A DNA stretch of 63,999 bases, the filler included, from Diploschistes diacapsis (Eukaryota), in assembly GCA_023645945.1 (NCBI GenBank). It is 4 parts of 4 records of this genome, joined end to end, with 100 filler letters (N's around TTAATTAATTAA, not from the genome) between each part and the next. Parts side by side here need not be neighbours in the genome. Positions count along the whole stretch, not along the records: positions 16,100 to 32,091 come from JALAIB010000528.1; positions 32,192 to 48,146 come from JALAIB010000529.1; 2 more parts are not named here. One strand, written 5' to 3'. A model generated the notes under the pieces. It was not told the DNA's origin. It worked only from the letters and a program-made list of their open reading frames with translations, and did not search any database. Positions 25,866-41,101 of this stretch are shown here, in pieces. Each line of letters begins with the position of its first letter. The first letter of the stretch is position 1. A program made the translations under genes and the position numbers.

Positions 25866-27000
25866 TCAGACCTGGATCTTCTCACAAGCAGTGGGATTAT
25901 GAAGTAATCCGCTGAGAATGCCATAGGTCCCTTCTTCTGGCTGAGATTCAGAGTCATCGTCGGTGATTTCCGGTTGGCGAGCTCGCACCCAGTCTCTGAC
26001 TTGCCCATACCGGTCTTCAGCGAAACTAAGTCTACCTTCTACCAGGGCAGTTCCTAGTCGTTTCCATGACAGAGCAAAGGGAAGGTCTCCTCCATCCTCC
26101 TTACTTATTGGAAACATATCATCAAAGACCAACAACGGATCAGAACAGTCGTGCACATACCACAATCGATCACCGCTCCGAACTGGATTACCGTCCTCGT
26201 CTCTTTTCCAGAGCTCCATAAAGACGGTCATTGCGTTAACTAGAGGCATGCCTTTGAACGTCAATGAATCCGTAATATCGTCTAAACGAGGTTCTGTTTC
26301 CTCGAGATCGAGTGTTCTTGACCGTAAAAGCTTCTTCGCTTCTTCAAGCTCATAGTCGCCAACGCTTGACATAGAGGTCCATCCGGGATTTTCAGTGATC
26401 TTGACCAGTATCACCAACTGAATACTCGGCTTGCCATTCAGCCATGTTGCCGCAACCTCGCACAGATCCTCGTAGTTCTCGCTGAGCCCAACCTCAACCA
26501 CTGTAGATAGCTTTGTGCCTCTATCTGAGCCATTCCTAAACTTGAACGCTGCGTCAGGTGCAGACTTGCTATGATGATACTTTCCCTCGAGTCTGGTACT
26601 TGGACTCCCTAAGACCCTTATGCGTTCTTTGATTTCGGCTCCTAGACTCTGACTTGACGTTTCATATACTAACTGAAACTGGGAGGTCACTTCTTCGTGT
26701 AAATCTGAGGCGAAATACTTGATTCTGGCTTTGTTTTTCACAGAATCATAGGTCACACCTTGGGAATCTGTCGTCGTCCAATATGGCCTCTAAGATGGCA
26801 AACTCCTATTTGGTAACGTTGATGTTCTCGTCAGTCATTTTAGCCATCCACTGGGGTGGAGCCTGTCCTGTCTTTCGAGCCTCAACGGCTTCACATAGAC
26901 GGCTCTTGCAAGCAGCAAAAGCTGATTGTTGTACATCGGCTTTGGACTGTTGTAACGTCCCATGTAAGGCATCACATTAGATTTTGCCATAGACTTTGCC
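25866..27000 (-). pseudogene. Fungal PD-(D/E)XK restriction-endonuclease-like (Uma2/CR-REase-like) protein with disrupted 5' part
   Basis: KSAPDAAFKF…STVVEVGLSENYEDLCEVAATWL…IQLVILVKITE sits in an intact 296-aa ORF that starts at GTG. The upstream continuation has in-frame TAA/TAG and a frameshift near 26760. Confidence 0.6.
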
Positions 27001-27386
27001 CCCAATAAATTCACAGTTGTTATGCCCATGATGAGATGCTTCGGATCAATTCTAAAGAAATTTCTGACAGTTCCGGGAGAGCTTCAAATTGCACCCCAGA
27101 AGGTTAATGTTGAATAATACCTCCAAAGATCCTCTACAATGTCCAAGATTATTCCCTGTGACTTCATAAAGGACTGTCAGTATCTCCTCGGGAGTTCTAT
27201 CTATAAGTGCATGCAGATGTCCTTCATGCTGCTTGGGTAGCTTGACAGTTGCTGCACAGGATGAAGATCCTATTCTACTTCGATGTACAGAGTCTCAAAC
27301 CGATACGCATCTTATTAGGAACATTTTCAACTTCCACTCCTAGCTGTTATACAGCATTGACACGTTACAATTCAGGCGGACTGTGC

Positions 27387-28630
27387 TCAAATCTTCGCCT
27401 GAAACTCCCTCTCCTCGACCATCCCCCCTTTGCTCTTCGCGACATCTCTTCCTTCAATAATCGCTCGACTTTTCCTTCGTTCCCACTTTAGCGCTGTCCA
27501 TACAGTCTCTTCTCCATCCCCTTCTTCCTTCTTTTCCCCCCCACCATCCACCAACGATTCCATTCTTGCCGTATACTCGGGCCTCATCAAAAATGCAATA
27601 CTGAAGCGCATCTCCTGCGCTTGCGGGCCGGGCGCCCAGGTGACGCGGTGCAGGTCGCTGCGCAGCAGGCCGCCGCTCCACTCTGTCATGGCATCGCCCA
27701 TGTTGACGAGGACGTGGCCCTGTTCTGGCCGGATGTAGTGCCATGCGTCGTCGCCGGGCCCTTCAGCTGTCGAGGCCCAGGGCGTGGACAACGACGGCGG
27801 GAGCGACACCTGCAGGCCACCGAGGACGGCGAAAAGCAGGGTGATACTGCCGATATCGGTGTGACCGAGGAGCGCGGTGCGTCGGTCGCTCGGCGGGTGC
27901 GGTGGGTAGCGGAGGAGGCGGATGGTGGTGCCGGATTGGAGGGCGGGATCGTGTAGGGAGGAAAGGGTGGAAGAGGGAAGGGAGAGCGAGGCGGAGAGCG
28001 AGGCGAATAGATGGGCGGCAACGGCGCGGCACTTGAGGGTGAAAGAGCGAAGAAGGGGGCGATGTGAGGTGACGAGGGAGGGGTTCGGGAAGGGAGAGAT
28101 AAGGCCGAGGAGGTCATCCTGCGCAAAGGTGAAGGCTTCGTAGCGGTCCGGCTGGCCGGACTCGACTTTGTTGCGGCCGACGTGCTTGTAGCTGTATGAA
28201 GCACGATGGCGGACAGTGTTAAGCCCAAGCCAGATGCAACGGAAGGAGGGAGAATAGGTGCTAGGCTCAAAGGGGCAACGAAAGCGGGGAAGAAGAGACA
28301 CCGTCTATCAAACACTAGGCAAATCTAGACATACCCAAAAAGCTGCTCCGGCGGCTCATATGGATAACGCATCTTCTCGTGGAGGGGAAGGTCATGCAGC
28401 GCCCGGTTCAGAAGGAGCGCTTTCTCTGCATCCTGGAGCAGCGCTTTGCCCTCGGGCGCGTCTCGCAAGTCGAGGTGCAGGAAGCCAAAAGTGCGGCAGG
28501 CTTCAAAGAGTAAGGCATGCTCGCCAGGGTCTCCGGCCAGCAGGCGGGCCAGTGACAAGCGCGGAATGGAGGCCGTGCGGACGTCCGAGGGGAAAGGCGG
28601 CAGTCCCGAGAACAAGACGGGCGTGGGCAT
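27387..28630 (-). CDS. 2-oxoglutarate/Fe(II)-dependent dioxygenase (IPNS/DIOX family), 1 intron (~28192-28334)
   Basis: DIOX_N region (PPFPSDV…LFEACRTFGFLHLDL), facial triad GHTDIG…DLHRV, and RFS 2OG-binding motif. Confidence 0.92.
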
Positions 28631-29332
28631 GGTAGAGATAGAGAGAGTCAGTCCAACGGAACCAACTCGCACGGTTTCAGAGATTGAGGGACGGAACGGG
28701 AAGACTGGACTTGGCAAAGAGAGGTATCTAGATACTATAAGAGAAACCCATACTGTATACGAAGTATGACCAGACTCCTTCTTTCCCCCTCCTCCTCTCC
28801 TCTCCTCTGTCTGCTATCTACTACATACTGGATACTGCTTTTGCTGTACAGTAAAATCGACGATTCAGCGACAGCGCCACCTGCGTCATGATGCTGGTTC
28901 GCGCATCTGCCAGCAACAGCTAGTATCGAACCAGCTTGGTGACAACAACTCTCAGAGCTTCCTGCAATCTCAAAGAAAAGCAGAAAAGCTACCCCGTCAA
29001 GCCTCGTGGCGGCCGCATCCCGCACCTCGTGGCATCTCCCGTCATCCTGTGATTTACTTTGATTTACTTTGTTGGCCTTGTTCGATGTCGAAGGGACAGT
29101 AGCTGGGATGTCAGGCTCGATACGGTGCAATGCGATGCGAAGCGATGAAGCGATGCGATGCTATGCTCCTAGACCCAGCACAGAATAAAGTACAATTTCT
29201 TCTTCTACTTGCTCTTCTTCTCCTTCCTCCTCTTCTTCTTCTTCTTCTTCCCCTTCTTCCTCTTTCCCGAAGCCTTTTGATTGCTTTCACTCCCAACACC
29301 CAGCCAAGTGATTTCAGCGAACCGAAGGCAGG

Positions 29333-31698
<2,366 letters not shown>

Positions 31699-32091
31699 GA
31701 GGGAATCGCCCAAGCAGCATGCACCTCAGATTTACTACTTAATATCGGGCGTGGATGAATTTAAGAAGCTGCTTGCTTGCAATGGATATGCATTTTCACG
31801 AATACTCTGGCCTCTTCGGGGCCCGCGGCCGGTGGTGTGGAAAGCGTTGTCTCGCAGTGCTCTTCGGTTCCCGGTCCTCGCTAGCCCGGGCCGCCGGGGT
31901 CAATTTTTTAGTAATATAGGACTTCTTCTGTCTGCCTCCAGATACTGTACATTGTACATCGTTTGCGGCCTTGGAAAGACCAGCGGTACCCTTGGCCCTT
32001 GTAACCGCAATCGGCCCGCAGCTCCAACAGCCCATCATAATTTCGTTCGCACTCCCGTCCCCGCCGCTCCCCATGACACACGGCCCCCTTC

Positions 32092-32191
32092 NNNNNNNNN
32101 NNNNNNNNNNNNNNNNNNNNNNNNNNNNNNNNNNNTTAATTAATTAANNNNNNNNNNNNNNNNNNNNNNNNNNNNNNNNNNNNNNNNNNNN
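32092..32191. other. Artificial contig spacer (44 N + TTAATTAATTAA + 44 N)
   Basis: Same structure as 16000-16099. Confidence 0.97.
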
Positions 32192-33240
32192 TATTAATTA
32201 TAATACGGCCTAAATTTTCGTTTTTCGCAACCAATAATTCCGCTAAATATTCTATCTTTATATCAATACGGGTTTATGTTTTTTATAAAAGAAGTTTATT
32301 ACGTTTAATACGGCGAGTAAATTTAAGAAACCGATCAATATCTTTTTATATAGATCGTTTTAATACGTTTTATGTCCGTTCTAGACGAGCCTATGACATT
32401 TCCACGTAAGGACGACCACGGTATACATATTCCGAATATTTTAGGATTTTAGAACTAGACGGCATGACGAAATAGGATTTGTCGTTAAAAGAACAATATT
32501 TATAAAAAGAAGTAGTAAAGATTTTATAACGAACGATAAAACGAGAAAGTTGGATTCGTTCGACGGATTGGTTACGAGAAGTTAAAAGAAACATCGTTGT
32601 TTTACGATTTAAGATTCTTTTTTATTTAATACTTATATTAGACCCTTCGGCGAATCATCGGGCCGATAATATTAAAGAAAGAAGATAATATTACGATCCA
32701 AATATTAAACTTAGCACGTCCTAGCTTTATATATAGATCAGTTACGGGACCAAAGATCATATAATACGTTTATTATTCGCGCTTATTCTCGTGAACGGCG
32801 AATAAACTTTCGTTACCGCTCGACGATCGCGTTCACTTTTATAAACGACAAGTTTCGAAAATACCGTTCGTTAAGCTTATAATAAACGACAAGCGAATTA
32901 ATTATATATAAACACGATTTTATTTTCGTGAAAAAAGACGTGTTCACTTTTATAAATATTTTAAGTTATTACTCGAGATTAATTTATATTCGTTATTTTT
33001 ATTATCTTAAAACTTTTTTTTTAGAAATAGTCTAAAATCTATAATTATTCTATCTTCTTTTCTTACTACACTCCTCTTCTAACAGAAACCAAACCTACCT
33101 TGATCCTACTCGTGTATACCTTGTATAGATAGAGATCATAACAGTTTTACGTATTTTTATAAATAATATATATTTATATATAAATTATATAGAGATTTAA
33201 GTATTTAATAGAGCCATAATGAACTAGACAGAATGCATAT
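32192..33240 (-). mobile_element. RIP-mutated LTR-retrotransposon-like relic with a degenerate Cys6 zinc-cluster accessory ORF
   Basis: Very AT-rich and TpA-rich. ORF 32391-32594 reads YKYC-x6-Y-x11-YSEY-x6-Y; reverting TAY to TGY gives Cx2Cx6Cx11Cx2Cx6C. Confidence 0.6.
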
Positions 33241-33884
33241 TAAGGCGCCACTAAATATGTTACACAATTTTATAGTAGGCAGAATAAGACATACCTCTTT
33301 TACTGGCATGGCCATAGCTTTCCGCATCTTTCTCTAGTCTCTCTAGTCTCGCTTAGGTCCGGTTCGGAAAATTAAGGTTGGTGTACGATGTCGCTTTTAA
33401 GGTTGCTAGCTGGATCCAAACTCGGAAGTCTCCTGCATACTTTGATGAGCATAGAACCATGTGCCACTTATTTTCAAAATCACATTGGTTTGGGAACAGC
33501 CTACATGCACCTCTTCTTACTTGACGTGGCACGACACTTTATTTAAGCATGGAAAGGTTGCTCAGCGAGCCCGCAAGCTGAAGGTTGCCTCCCATATCGG
33601 GAAGTGGGAAGGCATACGATACCTCGAAAGGACCTTATCCGTGGAGGTCTCAAGGTCAGCCTATGCGCCTTGAGTTTGGTGTTGATATAGATTTCATCAC
33701 TATATAATGTTGATGTTCCGTTGTCTATACTGCTTTTACCTTGTCTTCTTCATCACTTACGTTCGTTAATAGAGCGTTTTCATTTTCTGCTCCATCTTCT
33801 TATCAGTACCTTTTGTTTAAAATCCGGTTGCTCGTACATATTTATTTGGCTATTTGTTGGTTTCTTTAAGCAACTACATCCAAC

Positions 33885-35267
33885 ATGAAGCCACTCATCC
33901 TCCTCACGATCTCAAGTCTCGCGGCATTGGTTGCTTCTAACCCGGACCATTTCCAAACGGTTCCCAGCATTATATGCACCGACCCTCCGACTCAGACCGT
34001 CACTGTCACTCAAGATTGTGCCGTTTGCCAGACTGTAATTCCTGGTAGCGGCGGAAGCGGGGGTAGTGGAGCTAGCGATGGAAGTGGCGGAGGCGCCGGT
34101 GTGACCGTTACCATCACCGAGACTGTTACCACGACTCTTTCTCCAGTCACCCTCACCACCAACACTAGCAAAGGAAATGCCGTTTCTAGCACAACGTCCG
34201 GTGTTACTGCTCAGCAGACCTTCCATGTCGATGTTGGTGCCTTCAGTGTTGATGGTACCAATGAGACCGTCGTGCAGTTCCGCCCGAACAACATCACCGA
34301 TGCTCACGTTGGTGACGTCGTTCTCTTGTAAGTTTGAAACTTTAGCAAGCCTTTTAGCTTTTGGAGCTGACGTTGCCTCTTATAGCAACATGCTCGGCGC
34401 CAACCACTCCGTTACTCAATCCCAATTCCCCCAGCCGTGCATCAAGAACGGCACCTTAGATACCGGCTTCGTGCCAAATCCCAAGAATCACTCGGACTAC
34501 AGCCTCCAATCATTCACCGTCAACGTGACCACACCTCTGTAAGTACAATTGAGATGCAACATATTTGTCTCATAGTTAACAGTAATCCTAGCTGGTTCTA
34601 CTGCCGCCAAACTGGTCATTGCGGCAAGGGTAAGCCTATACGGCTCCCAGCCTCCATCTCCCGCAACCCACCACTAATTCTTCCCGCAGGCATGGTCTTC
34701 GGCATTAACCCCAAGTCCCAGGAGCAAATGCAGCAATTCATTGACATGGCCATGGCACATAACGGCACCGCCTCCAACTCCACCTCCGGCAACGGCACCA
34801 GTACCTCCACCAGCGGTAGCATTACCAGCACCTCCACCGCCCCCTTCGCCACCATCACTGTCGGTACCGGCAACGGCACAAATCTCGTCTTCGATCCGCC
34901 CAACCTCCCATCCGTGCCCCCGCATTCCACCGTTCGCTTCGAATTCCACGCAAAGAACCACACCCTAACCGAGTCCTCCTTCGGCGCACCCTGCTCCAAG
35001 CTCGACAGTCCGTCGGCGGTCGACATGGGCTTCGCCAACTTCAACAAGCTGGACGTGGCCCCCTTCAGCACGTTCGACGTCGCTGTGGAGGATGCGTCTC
35101 CGAGGTTCTTCTACTGCAAGCAGACGGTTGCTAAGAGCCATTGCCAGGCGGGGATGGTGTTTGGGTTGAATGTTGAACGGAACATGTTTGCCGAGTTTCA
35201 GCAGAAGGCGGAGGGTAGCGCGGTGCCACCGGCGCCGGGGAAGAGGGCGGCTGGCAGGAGGTGGTAG
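33885..35267 (+). CDS. Secreted Ser/Thr-rich protein with two cupredoxin domains, 3 introns
   Basis: Signal peptide. Domain 1: NHSVTQS…WFYCRQTGHCGKGMVFGIN. Domain 2: NHTLTES…FFYCKQTVAKSHCQAGMVFGLN. Each has the H…C-H-M type-1 copper ligand set. Confidence 0.88.
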
Positions 35268-35733
35268 AAAGGGAAGTTGTGTTGGAAGGTGGAAGATAAG
35301 GAGTTGAGGTGAGGGGACGATGGCTTTGTCGGTGGGCCTGAGTTGAGCGGTTTCTACCAAGGTTCTGTCTGCGAGTTTGGGAGCGCGCGTACGGCATAGC
35401 GATGGCGTTGGTGGTTCGGATCTGCTTTTCTTCGATGGGTATAGACCAAGTGCGTTTGGGTAAGATGCTGGGTAGGACAGAAGTACACCAGAAAACAATT
35501 GAAAATAAACCAACTTTAGCCGCTCCTTACACCATAAAGACGCTTGTTGCTCTGACCAAAGGGTTGACGAAAGCGTACTATCGCTTTTCTAGTCCGTGCT
35601 TGTACTCTTTATGCGTGGCGATGCTCTATATAAGTGGACTCCTAAGAGCCTTGAACGCGATGTATAGTATACAGCATCCAGATCATCGCCCTAGTTTAAT
35701 CCGCACGCCATGCAAACAACTGCCATCCCAGCA

Positions 35734-37444
35734 TTACGCCCAAGTAAGCTCCGAAGTCTTATCTTCCGCTCTGTCGATCCAGTCCCACTCGTCCGCCGTA
35801 AAAACCCTACAGAAGAACTCATGTACGCCAGCATACCCGCATCGGCCCAAATTCATCAGCGGCACGCGCATCTTCCTTGGCTCCGCCGCTCCCCTCCATG
35901 TCCCGCCCTTGTGGTCCCTCACCCAGCTGGATCCAGGCGTCTTGTCCTTCCAGCAACGCACGCACAGCCCGGCCTGACCCTCCCAGGCCAAAAAGGACTC
36001 GATGCCGTTCAACCGATTTACGAGGAGGCCTCTGATCCCGCAGTGGTGGTGGTGCGCGTTGAGCTGATGGTTCGGCATCTCCTTCATGCTTTTAATGAGG
36101 GCCGTGAGACGACCGGTGTGCTGCAGAGGCTCAAGGGCATCTGGGGTAATGGTGAGGTGGAGATTGGAGGACAGGAGGCTCTTGCGGACGAGGAAGCGGA
36201 GGGCTTCGCCGAGCTGGAAGGAGTCGCAGTGCGGCGAGGTGTCGTAACCGAGTTTGCAATTGGGAATCACGCGGGGGTTGGAAAGGTAGGGTCGGAGCAG
36301 AGATTGCGGGATGGAGGCCAGAGTACGGAGAATGTAGTGGCGGCGAGAGTACAGCTCGTCTTGGGTTGGAATTAGTGCTGGTGCAAGTCAAGATTGGCGG
36401 GGTTGGGTGGTTACCTTCCATATCGTTTGGCAGATTAAACCACGGTGGTATTATTTCGGATTCCGTCCGAGTTCTGGCTCGGCTATTTTCCTTTTTGGAG
36501 TGCTTTTCCGGGTTGTGTTCAACAACTATATCCGGCCCGTGGTCTATCAGGAGAGCACTGAACCAAGCGAAGACCTCAATGTCATCGTAAACGTAGCCTA
36601 GGTAGACTAGCTGGCGCCATTTCTCTTTATCTTGAACAACCGGAGACCAACGAGGGCTTTTCGCTTTCAATTTACGAAGGTAAGTTAGAACATACTGCCG
36701 AGTGATATCAGTGGCCAGAACCTGCTCCGCTATGACCGCCAAGTGTGCCATAGAGTTCACACTTTGTTTTTCTTTCATATCAGTTTGGCCGTGACTAAGA
36801 AGCAAAAGAGCTGTCAATGCTTGAGTTGTTGACTTGGACAAAGTGAGTTCCATAACCTCTGGGAATGACAGGATTGGCAACTTTGCAGCCGGTGCCTTAC
36901 CGCAGTCTCCATCAAACTTACTTTTGAGAGCCTCAATCTGGGAATAGAACTGTGTGCTCTCACTGAATTTGCCTGGTGTAAGCATTGCATCGAAGTATCC
37001 TGATACCTTTTTCAATTGCTCCGACGAAACGCGATACTTGCTAACGGAAGAGCCGTCTCGATCCATGAGTTGCAGGACAGCATCACCGATCTGGTCTATC
37101 ACCATAATGGGTTGTAAATCAGCACTATTATTATCCAAGGGATCGTCGGCGGAACCCGACTCCCATTGCGGCTCATAATTCTTCAACTCATGAACGCTCT
37201 TCTCAATCTGAGATCTAGTAGAGTTTTGTTGCACTGGCCCATTCCTGTGAACAAGGATAGGTCTTTGTTCGGAGGAAGACAAGGTGGGTATCCCCTCTAG
37301 TGGCACTGATCCATTTGAAGTGGTTTGGACGGGCGAGTATCCCGAGGGAGAGCCAGCAGGGAACACTCTTCCTTCTTCTCTAGCACCTGATTCCAACCTA
37401 TTTCTGCATCGAGTGGCAAATGATGCTTTGTTTTCGGCGGCCAT
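35734..37444 (-). CDS. Conserved fungal BTB/POZ-like domain protein, 1 intron (~36362-36411)
   Basis: IDQIGDAVLQL…YRVSSEQLKKVSGYFDAMLTPGKFSE is BTB-like; the C-terminal part has CKLGYDTSPHCDSFQLGE. Confidence 0.75.
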
Positions 37445-38688
37445 TACGGCATCACTGCTTCCTTATAGTTATGTATGCGTGGTATAGTATGTCGCAGAAT
37501 AGTACTACTATGGAACGCGGGCCTTTAACTGCTACGTGTATAGTCAGTCATCCATGCCGTATATGAATAATTGAACAAATATTGACTATGACGCATCTAC
37601 CGGTCGACAGATATGCCCATGGAAACACCGATGGACAGAGGCGACATGAAAGGTTTGAGGAATGCTTCAGACCAACTATGACACAGGCCTGAGATACTTG
37701 AAGCCTCCATGAACTGTTAGATTTCTTTTCTGATTGATCTGAAGCATCTCTCGAACTCTTGTGTGGCCGTAAGACAAATCCAAGGGTCTTTATACCCTTT
37801 TGGACATATCTAGGCGGCTTTCAAAAGACATATCCAGGAAATTCATCATCCACTTTCACGTTTGGCTTTATGTGGCTGACTATCATCCATGGAATTATTG
37901 CTGAGCAAAGAGAGGGGACTAAAAAGTGTGTTCAGACGTTTATCGGCTTTGAAAAAAACCGTAAAATAAGAAATTAACTCGGAAAGTTAGAAACTTTTGG
38001 ATTTGTTTACTGGCTATAGATGCAGGGTGTGGGGAACCAGTTCAGGGTGGAGGGTGGAAACCCCACTAAACTACCGAGTTTTTTTAAAACCTTTTCTTTA
38101 CTTGCTTCTTAACTTCGTACAGGACCATGGAAGCTATGGTATTTTTCTTATACTTGTTGATCTCGCCCAATTTGCATTGGGTTTGCGTATAATAAAGAAC
38201 AATAGTATTGGGGAGCTTTCTAGTGCAATAGGCAATAGCATGTAAAACGTCTTGATTATTGAATATACAAGGTTTTGGAGGAATCCTCGGAACTATATGC
38301 AGTAGAAATGCGTAGGTACAAAGGGGGTATTAAGTGCATAGAAGTTGTGCATAATTATTCGTACTTTGTGCATTAATTTGTGCTGTCTTGCACTATTTTC
38401 TCCCACATCGTCTTGTGATATCGGCGTCATATCGCCCGAGTTCAAGGGCGTTGTTGCTCGGCAACCGTGCCAAGCAAATATCTCACTACCGGTCAACTTC
38501 AACTCAACAAGTGCCGTCCCGCTACCCAGGAAGCCTCAAGTGTACAGGTACTTGTGCATTGCCTTGCTTGGATACAGCCATCTTCGCTTTCCTCCATTTC
38601 CGCGGTGATTGTCTTATGGCACATTGATTGACTACCTTCCGCTACTAGCATCATACTCCTGTATCGTCTGGAGTTGTAGCTAGCTATC

Positions 38689-41101
38689 ATGGCTACTGCT
38701 ACTTCTGAGAAGGTAGATAAATACGATGTGCTTGAGAAAATCGGTAAGTCTCTAGACATTGTGCTTGCTACAAGTACTTGCCTAATCATATCTAGGACAT
38801 GGCTCCTTCGGGACCATCCGCAAGGTTAGGAGGTCGTCGGACGGCTTGGTTAGTGCATGCTTCAGCATCACAGATTTTCATTGATATCTCTCAAGGTCAT
38901 GTGCAGAAAGGAGATCAACTACATCAAGATGTCCCAACGAGAGCGCGAACAATTACACGCCGAATTCTCTATCCTTAGCTCACTAAGGCATGATAGTATT
39001 GTCAAGTACTATCACAGAGAGCACCTTAAGGAGTCACAAGAGCTTCATATTTATATGGAGTGGTGTGGAGGCGGTGATCTGGGGAAGAAGATCAGGGACA
39101 ACAAGATGAAGGGTGTCCGTCCAGCGGAAAGTTATGTCTGGGGTGTGTTGGCCCAGCTGAGTGAGGCCCTTTTCCGATGCCATTTTGGTGAGGATCCTCT
39201 AGCTGTGGGATCGGATGTGCTAGCTCCTCCACCGTCGCCAAAGAAACTTCGACTGAAAACCCAGATGACCATCTTGCATCGCGACTTGAAGCCTGAAAAT
39301 AGTAAGTCCTCTGCCCTTCCCACCTTACTTCTATACCTAACATGCTATCTCAGTCTTCTTGGGTGATGATGACTCTATCAAACTAGGGGATTTTGGCTTG
39401 TCCAAGGCCATCGCTGCCCACGATCTTGCATCTACCTACGTCGGAACACCATACTACATGTCTCCAGAAATAGTTGCAGCTGAAAGGTATGGTCCAGAAT
39501 CCGACGTCTGGGCTATGGGCTGCATTATCTACGAGTTGTGCGATGGCAGACCACCTTTCGATGCTAGAACCCATTTCCATCTTGTTCAAAAGATCAAAGA
39601 TGGAAAGTTTGAATCGCTGCCGTCTTGTTACTCGGAAGATTTGAGGAATGTTGTGTCACGATGCCTTCAGGTCAATCCGTCCAAGCGGCCCACGACAAAA
39701 GAGATTGTCAATCTACCCCTAGTACGCTTGATGCGAAGTCAACGCGAAACTCTGCAGCTCGCCCGGTTGTTCAAAGACAAGGAGATTTTGGCGAACCAGA
39801 GAATAGCAGAGGCAGAGGCATCGCTGACTAGATGGAAAGCAGACAGACTGCAGCAGGCTCAGCAGGTGCAAGACATGAAGACGGAGCTCACGCTTCAGAT
39901 CCGAGAGGAGCTTAAGACCGAAATTGACGACAGGCTTCGCCGCGAGTGGGAAGTAAAAGCACGGTTGGAGATCGACCGACGCGTTAAGGAACAGCAAGAA
40001 AATCTGCAAGGTCAATTCGACAGAGCTGTAGAAATGCGCGTTCAAGCCGAGGTTACGAAACAAGTCGATTCTATCCGCAAGTCTTTGATAGACTCGACAA
40101 GTTTTTCGCAAGTCCCTGCCCTATCTTCAGTCGGCACAGCAGGAACGCCGCCCTCGGACCTCTCCTCACATATGTCTGCAATATCATTTGATTCACCTGT
40201 GAACCAGATCCCAGCTATCAACGCCCTGACTGGGAAGAAACCAGGCCGAACTCCCCTTACCCGTGCTCGAACCCAGATAGAGTCACCCATGGACGTCCAA
40301 ATGACCTCTCCCTCGTCCATGTACAGTTCTCTCTCCCTCTCCCCTCGTCAAGAGGCGACGATGGCTGGTAATCACACGGCAGAGGCGAACCTCTTCATAG
40401 CTAATGCAGCTGCTGCCAGGCAACGTTGGCAGCCACAGCTCATGTCAGATATCAACTCTGAGGACGAAGATGACGACCTGCCTCCGTTGCCTTCGCCAAC
40501 ACGTGCACCACGTGGTCCGTTCGGTGCCGGAACTGGCACAGTGTCCAAAGACCCCTTTAGAGCCGCTGCTCCCGCGCGGCCGGCCTTTCGTCGCCAAAAT
40601 ACGATGCCAGCCAACAACACGCTTGGACAACAACCTTCACTCTTTTCTACTGGTGGTGGTGTGATGGAGGACAAGGGTGTTGGCACCATTGCCCAACCAC
40701 CCAAGCCTGCAGTTAAGCTGCGCTCACCTACTTCCCCAACTCGCCGCCCTTTGCAGCGCGCCCCTCTCACCAAAGCCACTACTGCTGCTGGCGGGGAAGA
40801 TATGTTTAAAGCGGTCACGCAAAAGAACATGTTTGCTGCAGGCTCTCAGCAACCAGTCCACCCCACAAACCCAGTTGCTATACCCGCTACCACAGGACGT
40901 ACGCTCATCGAGCTAAGCCAAGCCCGAGTAGCCCCTGCCCCAACTCAACTAGCAAAGCAGGATATTGAAAATCGCCACGACCTCTACCATCAAGCTAAGG
41001 GTCTATTACCGCCGCCGGCTGTTTGGGACCCGGAGAGGGATGATATGCCAAGTCCTTTCCTTACCAGAGTCCGCAAGATTGGAGGTTTGGGGGCGCGATA
41101 G
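38689..41101 (+). CDS. nimA: G2-specific NIMA/Nek Ser/Thr protein kinase, 3 introns
   Basis: KYDVLEKIG|HGSFG, CRKEINYIKMSQREREQLHAEFSIL, HRDLKPEN, GDFGLSK…ASTYVGTPYYMSPE, coiled coil RREWEVKARLEIDR, and C-terminal VWDPERDDMPSPF. Confidence 0.95.

Noticed and set aside
16100..27300. Starship or other giant transposon
   Set aside because: The content is accessory-like, but I recognised no DUF3435 tyrosine-recombinase captain or element boundaries.
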